Source: Bugula neritina | Lineage: Eukaryota; Animalia; Bryozoa | Assembly: GCA_964035545.1 (NCBI GenBank) | Contig: OZ037770.1 | Location: 11,180,463 to 11,244,462 of the forward strand | Reading direction: 5' to 3' | DNA: 64,000 nt | Shown: positions 46,920 to 61,694 of the stretch, piece by piece | How the letters are laid out: each line of letters starts with the position of its first letter | Position numbering within the stretch: position 1 is the stretch's first letter | The notes under the pieces: model-generated | The model's input: the letters and a program-made list of their open reading frames with translations, nothing else | What the model was told of the DNA's origin: nothing | The model's database searches: none | Position numbers and translations under genes: made by a program

Positions 46920-49374
46920 ATAATATTGTGATATATATATAAATGTATAGTGATACAGAACTAGCAAACATTTTACCATCAATAATCATGAGATAAGGTT
47001 TATATGACAAAATAATACTGCTGCAAAGAGTGCATGTTGCTGGTGTATAGTAAATATCGACTGATAAAAATTATAAATAATAATGACCAATGCCTGCGTG
47101 TGTGCCTGCCTGTGTGTGTGCGCCCGTGTGTGCCTGTGCATTTGAATTGTATGAAAGCGAAAAAACTTATACAGGTAATTTATGTGTGCCTTGGATGAAG
47201 TTAATTATGTGTTCAAACATAATCACGTGTGCAGATGAAATATCTTTTTCAGAAATTCTGTAGCTTTGCTTCATAATTTAATCAAATAAACTGTATGATA
47301 CATGGAGCATTTACAAGCAAAAGATTTTTCATGATAATAATTTGCTTTTAGACAGTTAGGTTGATAAAACCTACTCTTTTTATATAGTGTCAGCAAGATT
47401 TATTTATATCGTGATTTATTATATGCACTAACCAATAAACAGGAATAATAAAATACAAACTAAATTTTGATGTAGCACACAAAAATAAACGAAAAATTTA
47501 CAAGCAAGTATAAAGTAAACTTAGAACTAATTGTTATTTACTAATATAGTTTGAATAAACTGAATGCATGTTTGTCCTGAATTGGCACTAAATAAAATTT
47601 TAATTCTTATAACAATGACGTTTGACAGTACCAATTATTACTGAATCGCATTCTACTAAAGTCCATATCACTTTTTCAGATTTGCTTCTATCAGCAATAC
47701 CTGAACAATATCCTGAGAAAGTCTGCACTGTTTTTTTTTGTAAAACATAAAAATACATTACTAAGGTAACTCTTAAAATTAAATTTATAATTTATCATTA
47801 AATTTGATTAAAATCAATGATATTTTGTGCTTCAATCTATGGCTGAGCTTTGTGATTTCCTTTTTTACAGTCTTCATTTTTTTTGCAATTTTCATGCTTA
47901 CCCTATTCTTATCTATCTCTACTTCGTCCTGTTTGGGTAGCAGGCCTCCTTAATTTGTTGCAATGGCCATATACATTTTTATGAGTTAAAAATAACTACA
48001 CAATTACGATGCAACTCTTAAGTATAATAGTATAAAAGTAATTTTTATGGTAACTCATAATATGATGTTATAAGCTGTTGTTGAATGTAAAATTAATTTG
48101 TTTTATGAGTTTGACATTTGATGCATACGTGTGCACATGCATTTGAAAGAGCCTACAAGTTCTATTTGTAATTATATAGGTTTTTGCTATGTTTTAAGAA
48201 TAACTCTATTATAGGCAAAATATGATAACTTCTATTATATAGTCAACATTATAACTTCAAAATGCTTTATTTGATAACTATGACTTAAATCGTGATGATA
48301 TGTTTTATAGATTATGTTATCCGTTTCCTTTGATCGTTTACTGCTGCTATTATTACAACTGCATAAATGGTTGTGCTTTTTAAGTTGTGATGTTTTTATA
48401 TAATATAATGCTTTACTGCGCAAGGAATTTTTAAAAGGTATTCTTTGGTAACTTATGATAGGTTTTTATTGATTTGTTTATATTTATTATCATTTGTAAA
48501 TGCATAATATATTTGCTAGCAAACTTTATGATTCAGAATATAAGGCAGGGAAATTTTTCTAACTGCTGCAAAACCAGTTTTTATTCTTAAACATAGTAAT
48601 TTGAACAAAACTACCAATCAGAAAAGGTGACAACTTGTAGAGATCCTTATAGCTATATACTCAATTACAACAAATTAATTTCTTCTATTGTTAATTCAAT
48701 AAATTTATTCATACAAAGATCACTATATATTTCACACGTTATTTTCTTGAAAATGATTTTCATGTTCATAAACCATACGCAGTTGACTACATCAACAGTA
48801 TAGTTTATATAATTTAGGTTGTGATTCAGAATAAACACAAAATATCACAAAATGAATTTTCAAGTAATTATATTTGATAGAGAACATTGAAACACTTATT
48901 ATATATAACCTGTCAAATGCGTGGAAGAAGCAGTTCACATGTATCTTCTTATATAGCTTAGAAACTGAAGGTCTCGCATTCAAATCTTAAGAAAGACAAA
49001 ACTTATCTACAGTTGGGTATAACTGAACTATCAAATAATAACTTGAAGTTTTTTCAATTGTATGTCACAGTTCCCAGTGAATCAGCTTCAATGTTAATTG
49101 CACACAGCACATTTACTAATTATACGTAGTTCTTATTGCATAAATAAGTTACACATTGAACTAAATTGTTCAGCATTGAATAAGTTTACAACATTCGATA
49201 TAAAGAAAATGATATGCTCACACTTAGGAGAATTATAAATCTCAACTAGAAAGAAACTAATATAGACTGATTATTTCCTCTTCTGAAAACACAGCATGCA
49301 AGTGCAGTGCGTGTATCACACTGAACGTTATATAAGAAAAAAGTTACTGTGGCATTAAAATTAGCCTCGAATAC

Positions 49375-51252
49375 TTAATAACCATGAGCTTCAATCTCAT
49401 GAAGATTAAGCGTGGTTTTAGCATTAAACAGAATCTGGACAAAGCGGCCACTGATTGGTTGATCACATGTAATCAGAGTGTAGTATTGGTTAAGAATACC
49501 ATCAACATATTTACACAGAACTTCTCTGTTAGATCCAGTAAACTCTATATCTTCCTCTACCATAGCAACTGTTACTTCTGTGTTGATTGATCTCTGGCTA
49601 TAACGTGTTTCTATAAAACCATTTCACAAGATATTTTTTCTATAAGAAATTTATACCAACAATTTTAAAATACACACACACACACCCGCACGCATGCACG
49701 CACGCGAGCACACATATTTATGTATAGTTATATATAATGTTTTATATAAGTATTAATTTAACACACTCTATATGCTGTACGTTGTATGTAACTCATAGAA
49801 TAGAAAGCAACTCAAGTGTAAATGATCCTTATAATTAGGTCCTCACTACATTATAATACAACATGAACTTTGACTGTTTCTGAACTTTCCAAAAGGTTTT
49901 TGCATGAAAAAAGGAAAGCAGCTTGATGCTTTTGTTCTGCTGCCTTAAATATTCTACTATATAATAAAAATGAATACTTAAATAACTAGACTAATAATCA
50001 AGCATAAGTCAAAAATTACTGTAACCAAAGACATATTTACATACCAATAATGGAAAAAAGTTGTTGATTTCTCATTTATAATAATCTGCTATTTGCGAGT
50101 AAAAATACTGTTTAGTTTTTCAACTCACTTTTATATCTATTCAGAACGTTGACAGCCCAGACACAGTGTACATCTCCCAGGTCTACTCTCCACCATGGTC
50201 TAGTCTCCTTGTTGCTGTGTGCCAGAGAATAAAGCTCATCCGACAGCTCATAGATTCCATCAACAGCAAATTTAGCCTCAAAGGTGTACATTTCAGTGGA
50301 GTTGAGCACAAAAACAGATGATTGCCTTGCTTGTTTATCTAAATAAAAATATTAATTCATCCTTAAAGTTCGATGGTAATTTTAACAGTGAAAAGGTACT
50401 ATTCTTTTTATTTTTTCAATAACATAATTTACTCTAAGATTATAAACGCTTGTATTCATCACTCAAGCGTTCAATAATTAGTGAATTTCATATTTGATCT
50501 TAAATAGTTTTATTGAAAGTGAAAACTGAATAAATAACTTTAAATGTATTTAAATATGGACAGGTTTGAGAAAAGAAAAAGGAAATGCACTCACTCCTAG
50601 CTAGGAATTTAGTGAAGCGTTCTCCAACATCAGCTCTGATGTAATAACCATCTCCTTCTCCTTCAGAATACAGATTAGGGTTGACACATGTTTTACCAGA
50701 GCACTTCTTAGTTAGCCAACCATATGTGAACCCATCACAGTCTTCTTTCCTGGTACAATCAGACGCACAGGACATTGCAGAGGGGGCTGTCCCAGAGTCA
50801 TGTTGTGAAATGTTGGACAGAGATTCTGGCATGACATAACTCTTGTAAAGGACAGTCTGGTAACCAAAAACAGCCAAGGTTGCGAGCTTTATCACCAATA
50901 GAACTGCAAAAATAACAATATTGCATAGCAAACCACTTGATTTTTTTAATCACAGATCAAAATATTTTATTACTGTATTTTTTGATGTTTGAGCACAATT
51001 ATTAAAAAAAAACTGCTTAGCATAACAATGGCATATATATGTACTAATAATAAACTTTAACACTGTAATAGAGTTGAAACAAATGAAATTCCTAATTAAA
51101 GAATTTGTAATAATTATAATACATATTTTGCATTTAAATAATATAGTTATAATATAATTTACATGCATAAGATGAGGCAATTCATTAAAATATATAAATA
51201 GTTTATAAATCTTTAACTTACTAAATCTGCATGTCCAGAATCTTCCAGCCAT
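49375..51252 (-). CDS. Secreted PAN/Apple + F-type lectin (fucolectin / F5-8 C fold) protein, copy A, 261 aa
   Basis: Exons 51252-51222, 50903-50595, 50338-50129, 49610-49375, all phase 1. Signal peptide MAGRFWTCRFILLVIKLATLAVFG; PAN CASDC...CDGFTY...C; FTL ARQSS, AVDG, AHS...PWWRVDLG, GRFVQI, EIEAHG. Confidence 0.88.
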
Positions 51253-53657
51253 TTTCTTAGAACTTCTACCGGCTAAACAATTGTTCTTGTAATCTGCTTC
51301 GGGGGAAATATCTTTCTAAACCATGAGTGTTACAGTTATAAGCATGACTTTATTTGCTGTTGCTTTGCTCATTCTTTTATTGAAAAAATTGTCATAATTA
51401 TAAAATATTGATTAAAGCAATATATATATTATACAAGCAACAAAAGGGTGAAGGACGTGAATGGCTTAAAGCTGTTAATGATGTTTGAAACAATATCTGT
51501 AAAGAAATAGAAATAAACTTGAAACATTAAAGTGATATATAGATAAATTGCTATCTGTATTATTTAATAATATTTGAGCAAGACTCTTTAATCTAATGAT
51601 ATGTTGAACTTTACTCATAAATTGCATTTCTACAATTCTATAAGCAGATTGATTTTCAAGGATCATAAGAACAGAAAAAGATTCACAAGTATATAAATTA
51701 TCCGTAAAAGCTCAAATTTGAATGTTTCTTCATTGTTAAGAGATGTGAATCTTAAAATTTGTACAATAATCAAGTGAAATAGCAAATTATAAAAATAATT
51801 TTATGTTGATCAAAGTGGCCAAAACACACCAACAGTTGCTTGTTAGAAATGTAAATTCAACTATATTCAATCATTTATTATAATGTAAGTTCAAAATTAA
51901 CCTTTTTACTTGGCAAATATTTGTTTTGCAACTTTTTATTAAAGCTATTCAAAACAAAATTATTATTTTTTTTTGCAATCAGAAAAAGCCTATTATAAAT
52001 AGTTGGCTAATTTACTATTTTTATGCATTCATTATATATTTCGAATTTCAGTTGTACTCTATGTAATATATATTATGTTATATTTTGAATTGCTCTATAG
52101 CTATGCCTGTAACCATTACATTGCCCTCAATTTTCTAATTCACAATTTTCGTTTAAAATTAGATCTATTGACTCATTAAATTTTTTATGTGTAATAAAGC
52201 AAATGTGTTACAATTACGTTACATCACACTATGTATGCTTAATTTTTATCTGTATAGTTGCAACTAATCATAAATATTAGGTTTTGATAAGTATTCATAG
52301 TGCATATGTATTATGTGAAATATACTTTCTTATTAAAATTGTGTGTTTTTGTTGATACAATGTAAGCTGTTAATGAATGTAACATAAATTTGTTTCATGA
52401 GTTTAACATCTGATTATACGTGTGCACATGCATTTGAAAGAGCCTACAAATGCTATTCGCAGTTATATAGGATTTTGCTATGTTTCAAGAATAACTCTAT
52501 TATATAGGCGAATGATGACTTCAAAATGCTTTATTTGATGACTATAACTTAAAGCGTGATAATATATTCTATAGATTATGTGACCATGCAGTTTCCTTTG
52601 ATCATTCAGTGCTGCTATTATTACAAATGTATATATGGCTGTGCTTTTTAATTTGTAATGTTTTTATATAGTATAATGCCTTACTGCAAGAAATTGTTGA
52701 AAGGTATCCTTTGGTAAATTATGATTGGTTTTTATTGATTTGGTTATATGTATTATCATTTGCAAATGCATACTATATTTGCTAGTGAACTTTATAAATC
52801 AGATTATAAGGCAGAGAAATTTTTCTAACTGCAAGCAGCAAAACCAGTTTAATTCATAGTAATTTGTAATTTGGACAAAACTATACCAATCAGAAAAAGT
52901 GACAATTTGTAGAGATCCTTATAGCTATACTCAATTACAACAATTTAATTTCTTTTATTGTTAATTTAATAAAATTATTCATACAAAAATTACTATATAC
53001 TTTGCATGCTATTTTTTCAAAAATAATTATCTTGTTCATAAACCATACGCAGTTGGCTACATCAACAGTATAGTTTATATAATTTAGGTTGTGATTCAGA
53101 ATAAACACAAGATATCACAAATTGAATTTTCAAGTAATTATATTTGATCAAAAACATTGAAACACTTATTATAACCTGTCAATTTTATGTAAGCAACAGT
53201 TCACTTGTATCTTCTAATATAGCTTAGAAACTGAAGGTCTGACATTCAAATTCCAAGAGAGACAAAACTTATCTACAGTTGGGTATAACTGAACTTTCAA
53301 ATAATAAGTTAAAGTTTTTTCAATTGTATGTCACATATTTATAAAATCAAATATCTTTCTCAGTAAATCAGCTTCAATGTTAATTGCACACAGCACATTT
53401 ATTGAATATACGTAGTTCTTACTGCATCAAATTACACATTGAACTAAATTGTTCAGCATTGGATAGGTTTACAACATTCGATATAAAGAAAATGATATGC
53501 TAACAGTTAAGAGAATTATAAATCTTAACTAGAAAGAAACTAATATAGACTGATTATTTCCTCTTCTGAAAACACAGCATGCAAGTGCAGTGCATGTATC
53601 ACACTGAACGTTATATAAGAAAAAAGTTACTGTGGCATTAAAATTAGCCTCGAATAC

Positions 53658-55527
53658 TTAATAACCATGAGCTTCAATCTCATGAAGATTAAGCGTGGTT
53701 TTAGCATTAAACAGAATCTGGACAAAGCGGCCACTGATTGGTTGATCACATGTAATCAGAGTGTAGTATTGGTTGAGATAACCATCAACATATTTACACA
53801 GAACTTCTCTGTTAGATCCAGTAAACTCTATATCTTCCTCTACCATAGCAACTGTTACTTCTGTGTTAATTGATCTCTGGCTATAACGTGTTTCTATAAA
53901 ACCATTTCACAAGATATTTTTTCTATAAGAAATTTATACCAACAATTTTAAAATACACACACACACCCGCACGCATGCACGCACGTGAGCACACATATTT
54001 ATGTATAGTTATATATAATGTTTTATATAAGTATTAATTTAACACACTCTATATGCTGTACGTTGTATGTAACTCATAGAAAAGGTCATACAATAGAAAG
54101 CAACTCAAGTGTAAATGATCCTTATAATTAGGTCCTCACTACATTATAATACAACATGAACTTTGACTGTTTCTGAACTTTCCAAAAGGTTTTTGCATGA
54201 AAAAAGGAAAGCAGCTTGATGCTTTTGTTCTGCTGCCTAAAATATTCTACTATAATAAAAATGAATACTTAAATAACTAGACTAATAATCAAGCATAAGT
54301 CAAAAATTACTGTAACCAAAGACATATTTACATACCAATAATGGAAAAAAAGTTGTTGATTTCTCATTTATAATAATCTGCCATTTGCCAGTAAAAATAC
54401 TGTTTAGCTTTTCAACTCACTTTTATATCTATTCAGAATGTTGACAGCCCAGACACAGTGTACATCTCCCAGGTCTACTCTCCACCATGGTCTAGTCTCC
54501 TTGTTACTATGTGCCAATGAATAAAGCTCATCTGATAGCTCATAGACTCCATCAACAGCAAAGTTAGCTCCAAAGGTGTACATTTCAGTGGAGTCGAGCA
54601 CAAAAACAGATGATTGCCTTGCTGGTTTATCTAAATAAAAATATTAATTTATCCTTAAAGTTTGATGCTAATTTTAACAGTGAAAAGGTACTATTCTTTT
54701 TATTTTTTCAATAACAAAATTCAATCCAAGATTAGAAAGGCTTGTATTCATCACTCAAGCATTCAATAATTAGTGAATTTCATATTTGATCTTAAATAGT
54801 TTTATTGAAAGTGAAAACTGAATAAATAACTTTAAATGTATTTAAATATGAACAGGTTTGAGAAAAGGAAAAGGAAATATGCACTCATTCCTAGCTAGGA
54901 ATTTAGTGAAGCGTTCTCCAACATCAGCTCTGATGTAGTAACCATCTCCTTCTCCTTCAGGATACAGATTAGGGTTGACACATGTTTTACTAGAGCACTT
55001 CTTGGTTAGCCAACCATATGTGAACCCATCACAATCTTCTTTTCTGGTACAATCAGAAGCACAGAACATTGCAGAGGAGGCTGTCTCAGAGTCATGTTGT
55101 GAAATGTTGGACAGAGATTCTGGTATGACATAACTTTGGTAGAGGGCAGTCTGGTAACCACAAACAGCCAGGGTTGTGACCTTTATCGTCAATAGAACTG
55201 CAAAAATAACAATATTCCATAGCAAAACATTTAATTTTTTTAATTACATTTAATTTTTTTTGATGTTTAAGCACAATTATTGATAAAAAGCTGTTTAGCG
55301 TAACAATGGTATATATATGTACTAATAATAAATTTTAACTCTTTGTTAAAGTTTAAGCAAATAAAATTCCTAATTAAAGAATTTGTAATAATTGTAATAC
55401 ATATTTTTGCATTTAAATAATGTAGTTATAACATAATTTACATAAGGTGAAGCAATTCATTAAAATATATAAACAGTTTATAAACCTCTAACTTACCGAA
55501 TCTGCATGTCAAGAATCTTCTAGCCAT
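53658..55527 (-). CDS. PAN/Apple + F-type lectin protein, copy B (intron-2 donor mutated; possibly truncated or pseudogene)
   Basis: Exons 55527-55497, 55197-54889, 54630-54421, 53893-53658; donor GTGAGT changed to ATGAGT at 54888. Confidence 0.75.
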
Positions 55528-57939
55528 TTTTTTAGGACTTCTACCGGCTAAACAGTTGTTTTTTGTAATCTGCTTCGGGGAAAATATCTTTCTAAACTAC
55601 GAGTGTTACAGTTATAAGCATGACTTTATTTGCTAATGCTTTGTTCATTCTTTTATTGAAAAAGGAATAATAATAATTAAATATTGATTAAAGCAATATA
55701 TATATATTATACAAGCAACAAAAGGGTGAAGAACATGAATAGCTTAAAGCTGTTAATGATGTTTGAAACAATATCTGTAAAGAAATAGAAATAAACTTGA
55801 AACATTAAAGTGATATATAGATAAATTGCTATCTGTATTATTTAATAATATTTCAGCAAGACTCTTTAATCTAGTAATATGTTGAACTTTACTCATAAAT
55901 TGCATTTCTACAATTCTATAAGCAGATTGATTTTCAAGGATCATAAGAACAAAAAAAGATTCACAAGTATATAAATTATCCGAAAAAGCTCAAATTTGAA
56001 TGTTTCTTCATTGTTAAGAGATGTGAATCTTAAAATTTGTACAATAATCAAGTGAAATAGCAAATTATAAAAATAATTTTATGTTCATCAAAGTGGCCAA
56101 AACACACCAACAGTTACTTGTTAGAAATGTAAATTCAACTATATATTCAATCATTTATTATAATGTAAGTTCAAAATTAACCTTTTTACTTGGCAAATAT
56201 TTGTTTTGCAACTTTTTATTAAAGCTATTCAAAACGAAATTATTATTTTTTTTTGCAATCAAAAAAAGCCTATTATAAATAGTTGGCTAAATTACTATTT
56301 TTATGCATTCATTATATATTTCGAATTTCAGTTGTACTCTATGTAATATATATTATGTTATATTTTGAATTGCTCTATAGCTATGCATGTAACCATTACA
56401 TTGCCCTCAATTTTCTAATTCACAATTTTCGTTTAAAATTAGATCTATTGACTCATTTAATTTTTTATGTGTAATAAAGCAAATGTGTTACAATTACGTT
56501 ACATCACACTATGTATGCTTAATTCTTATCTGTAAAGTTGCAACTAATCATAAATATTAGGTTTTGATAAGTATTCATAGTGCATATGTATTATGTGAAA
56601 TATACTTTCTTATTAAAATTGTGTATTTTTGTTGATACAATGTAAGCTGTTAATAAATGTAACATAAATTTGTTTCATGAGTTTAACATCTGATTATACG
56701 TGTGCACATGCATTTGAAAGAGCCTACAAATGCTATTCGCAGTTATATAGGATTTTGCTATGTTTCAAGAATAACTCTATTATATAGGCGAATGATGACT
56801 TCAAAAGGCTTTATTTGATGACTATAACTTAAAGCGTGATAATAATAATTATGTTTTATAGATTGTCTGATCAGTTTCCTTTGATCATTCAGTGCTGCTA
56901 TTATTACAAATGTATATATGGCTGTGCTTTTTAATTTGTAATGTTTTTATATAGTATAATGCCTTACTGCAAGAAATTGTTGAAAGGTATCCTTTGGTAA
57001 ATTATGATTGGTTTTTATTGATTTGGTTATATGTATTATCATTTGCAAATGCATACTATATTTGCTAGTGAACTTTATAAATCAGATTATAAGGCAGAGA
57101 AATTTTTCTAACTGCACGCAGCAAAACCAGTTTAATTCATAGTAATTTGTAATTTGGACAAAACTATACCAATCAGAAAAAGTGACAATTTGTAGAGATC
57201 CTTATAGCTATACTCAATTACAACAATTTAATTTCTTTTATTGTTAATTTAATAAATATATTCATACAAAAATTACTATATACTTTGCATGCTATTTTAT
57301 CAAAAATAATTATCTTGTTCATAAACCATACGCAGTTGGCCACATCAACAGTATAGTTTATATAATTTAGGTTGTGATTCAGAATAAACACAAGATATCA
57401 CAAAATGAATTTTCAAGTAATAATATTTGATCAAAAACATTGAAACACTTATTATATATAACCTGTCAAATTTGTGCAAGCAGCAGTTCACTTGTATCTT
57501 CTTATATAGCTTAGAAACTGAAGGTCTGACATTCAAATTCCAAGAGAGACAAAACTTATCTACAGTTGGGTATAACTGAACTTTCAAATAATAATTTAAA
57601 GTTTTTTAATTGTATGTCACATATTTATAAAATCAAATATCTTTCTCAGTAACTCAACTTCAATGTTAATTGCACACAGCACATTCATGAAATATATGTA
57701 GTTCTTATTGCATCAAATTACATATTGAACTAAATTGTTCAGCATTGAATAAGTTTACAACATTTGCAATAAAAAAAATGATATGCTCACAATTAGGAGA
57801 ATTATAAATCTTAATTAGAAAGAAAATAATAGACTGATTATTTCCTTTTCTGAAAACACAGCATGCAAGTGCAGTGCATGTATCACACTGAACGTTAAAA
57901 GAAAAGAGTTACTGTGGCAATAAAATTAGCCTCGAATAC

Positions 57940-59788
57940 TTAATAACCATGAGCTTCAATCTCATGAAGATTAAGTATGGTTGTAGCATTGAACAGAATC
58001 TGGACAAAGCGGCCACTGATTGGTTGATCACATGTAATCAGAGTGTAGTATTGGTTGAGATAACCATCAACATATTTACACAGAACTTCTCTGTTAGATC
58101 CAGTAAACTCTATATCTTCCTCTACCAAAGCAACTGTTACTTCTGTGTTGATTGCTCTCTGGCTAACACGTGTTTCTATAAAACCATTTCAAAATTTTTT
58201 TTTTATTACCAACAACTTAAAAATGCACACACACACACACGCACACACATATTTATGTATAGTTATATATAATTTTTCAATAACTAATAATTTAACACAC
58301 TCTATACATACTATACGTTGTATGTAACTCATAGAAAAGGTCATATATAGTAGAAAGCAACTCAAGTGTAAATCACCCTTATAATTATAATACAAAATGA
58401 ACGTCGGTTGTTTCTGAACTTTCCAAAAGGTTTTTGCATGAAAAAAAAAGCGATTTAAAGATACTTTTGTTCTGCTGCCTTAAATATTCTACTTTAATTA
58501 AAATAGGTATCTATAAAATGACTAATTGAGTAATCAAGCCTAAGTCAAAAATTATTGTAGCCAAAGACATAGCTATATACTAATAACAGAAAAAAAAGTT
58601 TCTCATTTATAATAATCTGCTATTTATGCATGGGTAAAAATTCTGTTTAGTTTTTCAACTCACTTTTATATCTATTCAGAATGTTGACAGCCCAGACACA
58701 GTGTACATCTCCCAGGTCTACTCTCCACCATGGTCTAGTCTCTTTGTTACTATGTGCCAGAGAGTAAAGCTCATCTGATAGCTCATAGACTCCATCAACA
58801 GCAAATTTAGCCTCAAAGGTGTACATTTCAGTGGAGTTAAGCACAAAAACAGATGATTGCCTTGCTGGTTTATCTAAATAAAAATATGGATTCATCCTTA
58901 TAAAGTTTGATGCTAATTTTAACAGTGGGAAGATACTATTCTTTTTAGTTTTTCAATAACAAAATTTAATCCAAGATTAGAAAGGCCTGTATTCATCACT
59001 CAAGCATTCAATAATTAGTGAATTTCATATTTGATCTTAAATAGTTTTATTGAGAGTAAAAACTGAATAAATAACTTTAAATTTATTTAAATATGGACAA
59101 AATTGAGAAAAGAAAAAGGAAATGCGCACTCACTCCTAGCTAGGAACTTAGTGAAGCGTTCTCCAACATCAGCTCTGATGTAATAACCATCTCCTTCTCC
59201 TTCAGAATACAGATTAGGGTTGACACATGTTTTACCAGAGCACTTCTTGGTTAGCCAATCATATGTGAATCCATCACAGTCCTCTTTCCTGATACAATCA
59301 GAAGCACAGGACATTGCAGAGGTAGCTGTCCCAGAGTCGTGTTGTGAAATGTTGGACAGAGAGTCTGGCATGACATAACTCTTGTAGAGGACAGTCTGGT
59401 AACCAAACACAGCCAGGGTTGTGAGCTTTATCGTCAATAGAACTGCAAAAATACCAATATTCCATAGCAAAACACTTGATTTTTTAAACCCCAGATCAAC
59501 GTTTATTTCTGTAGTTTTCGGTGTTTGAGCACAATTATTAATAAAAAACTATTTAGCGTAACAATGGCATATATCTGTACTAATAATAAACTTTGACTCT
59601 TTAATAAAGTTGAAACAAATGAAATTCCTAATTAAAGAATTTGTAATAATTGTAATACATATTTTGCATTTAAATAATATAGTTATAATATAATTTACAT
59701 GCATAAGGTGAGGCAATTCATTAAAATATATAAATAGTTTATAAATCTTTAACTTACTAAATCTGCATGTCCAGAATCTTCCAGCCAT
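57940..59788 (-). CDS. Secreted PAN/Apple + F-type lectin protein, copy C, 261 aa
   Basis: Exons 59788-59758, 59442-59134, 58873-58664, 58175-57940; canonical splice sites, in phase. Confidence 0.88.
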
Positions 59789-61694
59789 TTTCTTAGGACT
59801 TCTACCGGCTAAACAGTTGCTTGTAATCTGCTTCGGGGGAAATATCTTTCTAAACCATGAGTGTTACAATTATAAGCATGACTTTATTTGCTGTTGCTTT
59901 GTTCATTCTTTTATTGAAAAAGGAATAATAATAATGAAATATTGATTAAAGCAATACATATATTATACAAGCAACAAAAGGGTGAAGGACATGAATGGTT
60001 TAAAGCTGTTAATGATGTTTGAAACAATATCTGTAAAGAAATAGAAATAAACTTGAAACATTAAAGTGATATATAGATAAATTGCTATCTGTATTATTTA
60101 ATAATATTTGAGCAAGACTCTTTAATCTAGTAATATGTTGAACTTTACTCATAAATTGCATTTCTACAATTCTATAAGCAGATTGATTTTCAAGGATCAT
60201 AAGAACAGAAAAAGATTCACAAGTATATAAATTATCTGAAAAGCTAAAGTTTGAATGTTTCTTCATTGTTACGAGATGTGAATCTTAAAATTTGTACAAT
60301 AATCAAGTAAAATAGCAAATGATAAAAATAATCTTATGTTAATTAAAGTGGCCAAAACACACCAACAGTTACTCGTTAGAAATGTAAATTCAACTATCTT
60401 CAATCAATTAATATAATGCAAGTTCAAAATTAACCTTTTTACCTGGCAAATGTTTGTTTTGCAACTTTTTATTAAAGATATTTAAAACAAAATAACAATT
60501 TTTTTGCAATCAGAAAAAGGTTATAAATAGTTGGCTAATTTAACATTTTTATGCATTCATTATATATTGCGAATTTTAGTTGTACTCTATGTAATATATA
60601 TTATGTTATATTTCGAATTGGTTAACCAGAGCATATTAGATGTAGCACCAAGTTGATGCAAGGCACTTTTACAATGCCAATATCAAGCAAATTGGTGATG
60701 GTAGATAGAACAACTTGCCACGTTATACTGATGTAAGACTGTAGAACAGAGTGGGGGAAGTTAAATTTAGCACAATGGACCAGCAGTGTGCCTCGGTTGT
60801 TGTACTAATGCTATAGGCAAAGGCATACAAATTCAAGTGGCTGAAGAGATTGTGCTGACAATGGCAGCAATTCCTAAGATGCGGAACAATGCTGTTGATA
60901 AGTTTATTCAGGAAAATACCAAGGCCTTTTAAACATAAAGTAATAAATGATAAAATTAGTACAGCGAGTTGAAAGTTATCCACTCTTGATAATTAGACAT
61001 GCAAGAGAAGACAATTACTAATATGCACAATTATTAACATCAATAGTATTATAATATTATGTAATATGATGGTTTATTGTCATCAGAGCGGAAGATTGCA
61101 ATCTATCAACAATAATGAGGCCAAGTGGTTATTAAGGTATATTATACTACAACTTTTGCATTTTAAAATAGTAGTTCATCATTGGCAGTCAAACAGTTAG
61201 GCTCTGGTTATGTATTAATGTTGTTTTATTCATGTCAGTTTTATAGTTAGCAAGCATTGAGTTTTTGTGAATTAGTTATAACATATAATGCTATGAGTAC
61301 AATTTTACCCAAATATTTTAGCAAAAACGTGTGCACAAAGCGCAATGGCTGGAAGCTTCAAATGGCAGCGTTGGAGTAGAGTTAGGTTGAAGTTTTGTAA
61401 CAGCTGTTTATAAATAGAAAATATTGCAATACATCACAGAGACTAAATTTATTGACAAAAATAAGTATCAAAACAAAACATATAAAATTACGTTTTGCTA
61501 ATTTTTAGTTTTGAACTACGACAAATTCAATATAAAAGATGATCACTGAATAACAAAATTTATAAGCGACAACACATTTAATAATTTTCAAACTGCACGG
61601 CAAAATATTGCAAAAGTTTAGTGTGAACTGATACTCTTCTGTTTATACAGGACGTGATGTATGATCAACAATTTCCTCTGTTGGTAGAGACAAT

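Larger units (their letters stand above)
48060..60620. repeat. Tandem triplication of a ~4.28-kb unit carrying the PAN-lectin gene
   Basis: Units at ~48060-52355, ~52355-56636, ~56636-60620; non-coding DNA highly similar. Confidence 0.9.

Noticed and set aside
51475-51666. Repeated ORF MILENQSAY... (also 55753, 60009) and similar short ORFs in the triplicated unit
   Set aside because: Conservation is explained by the recent tandem duplication; AT-rich with no coding signature
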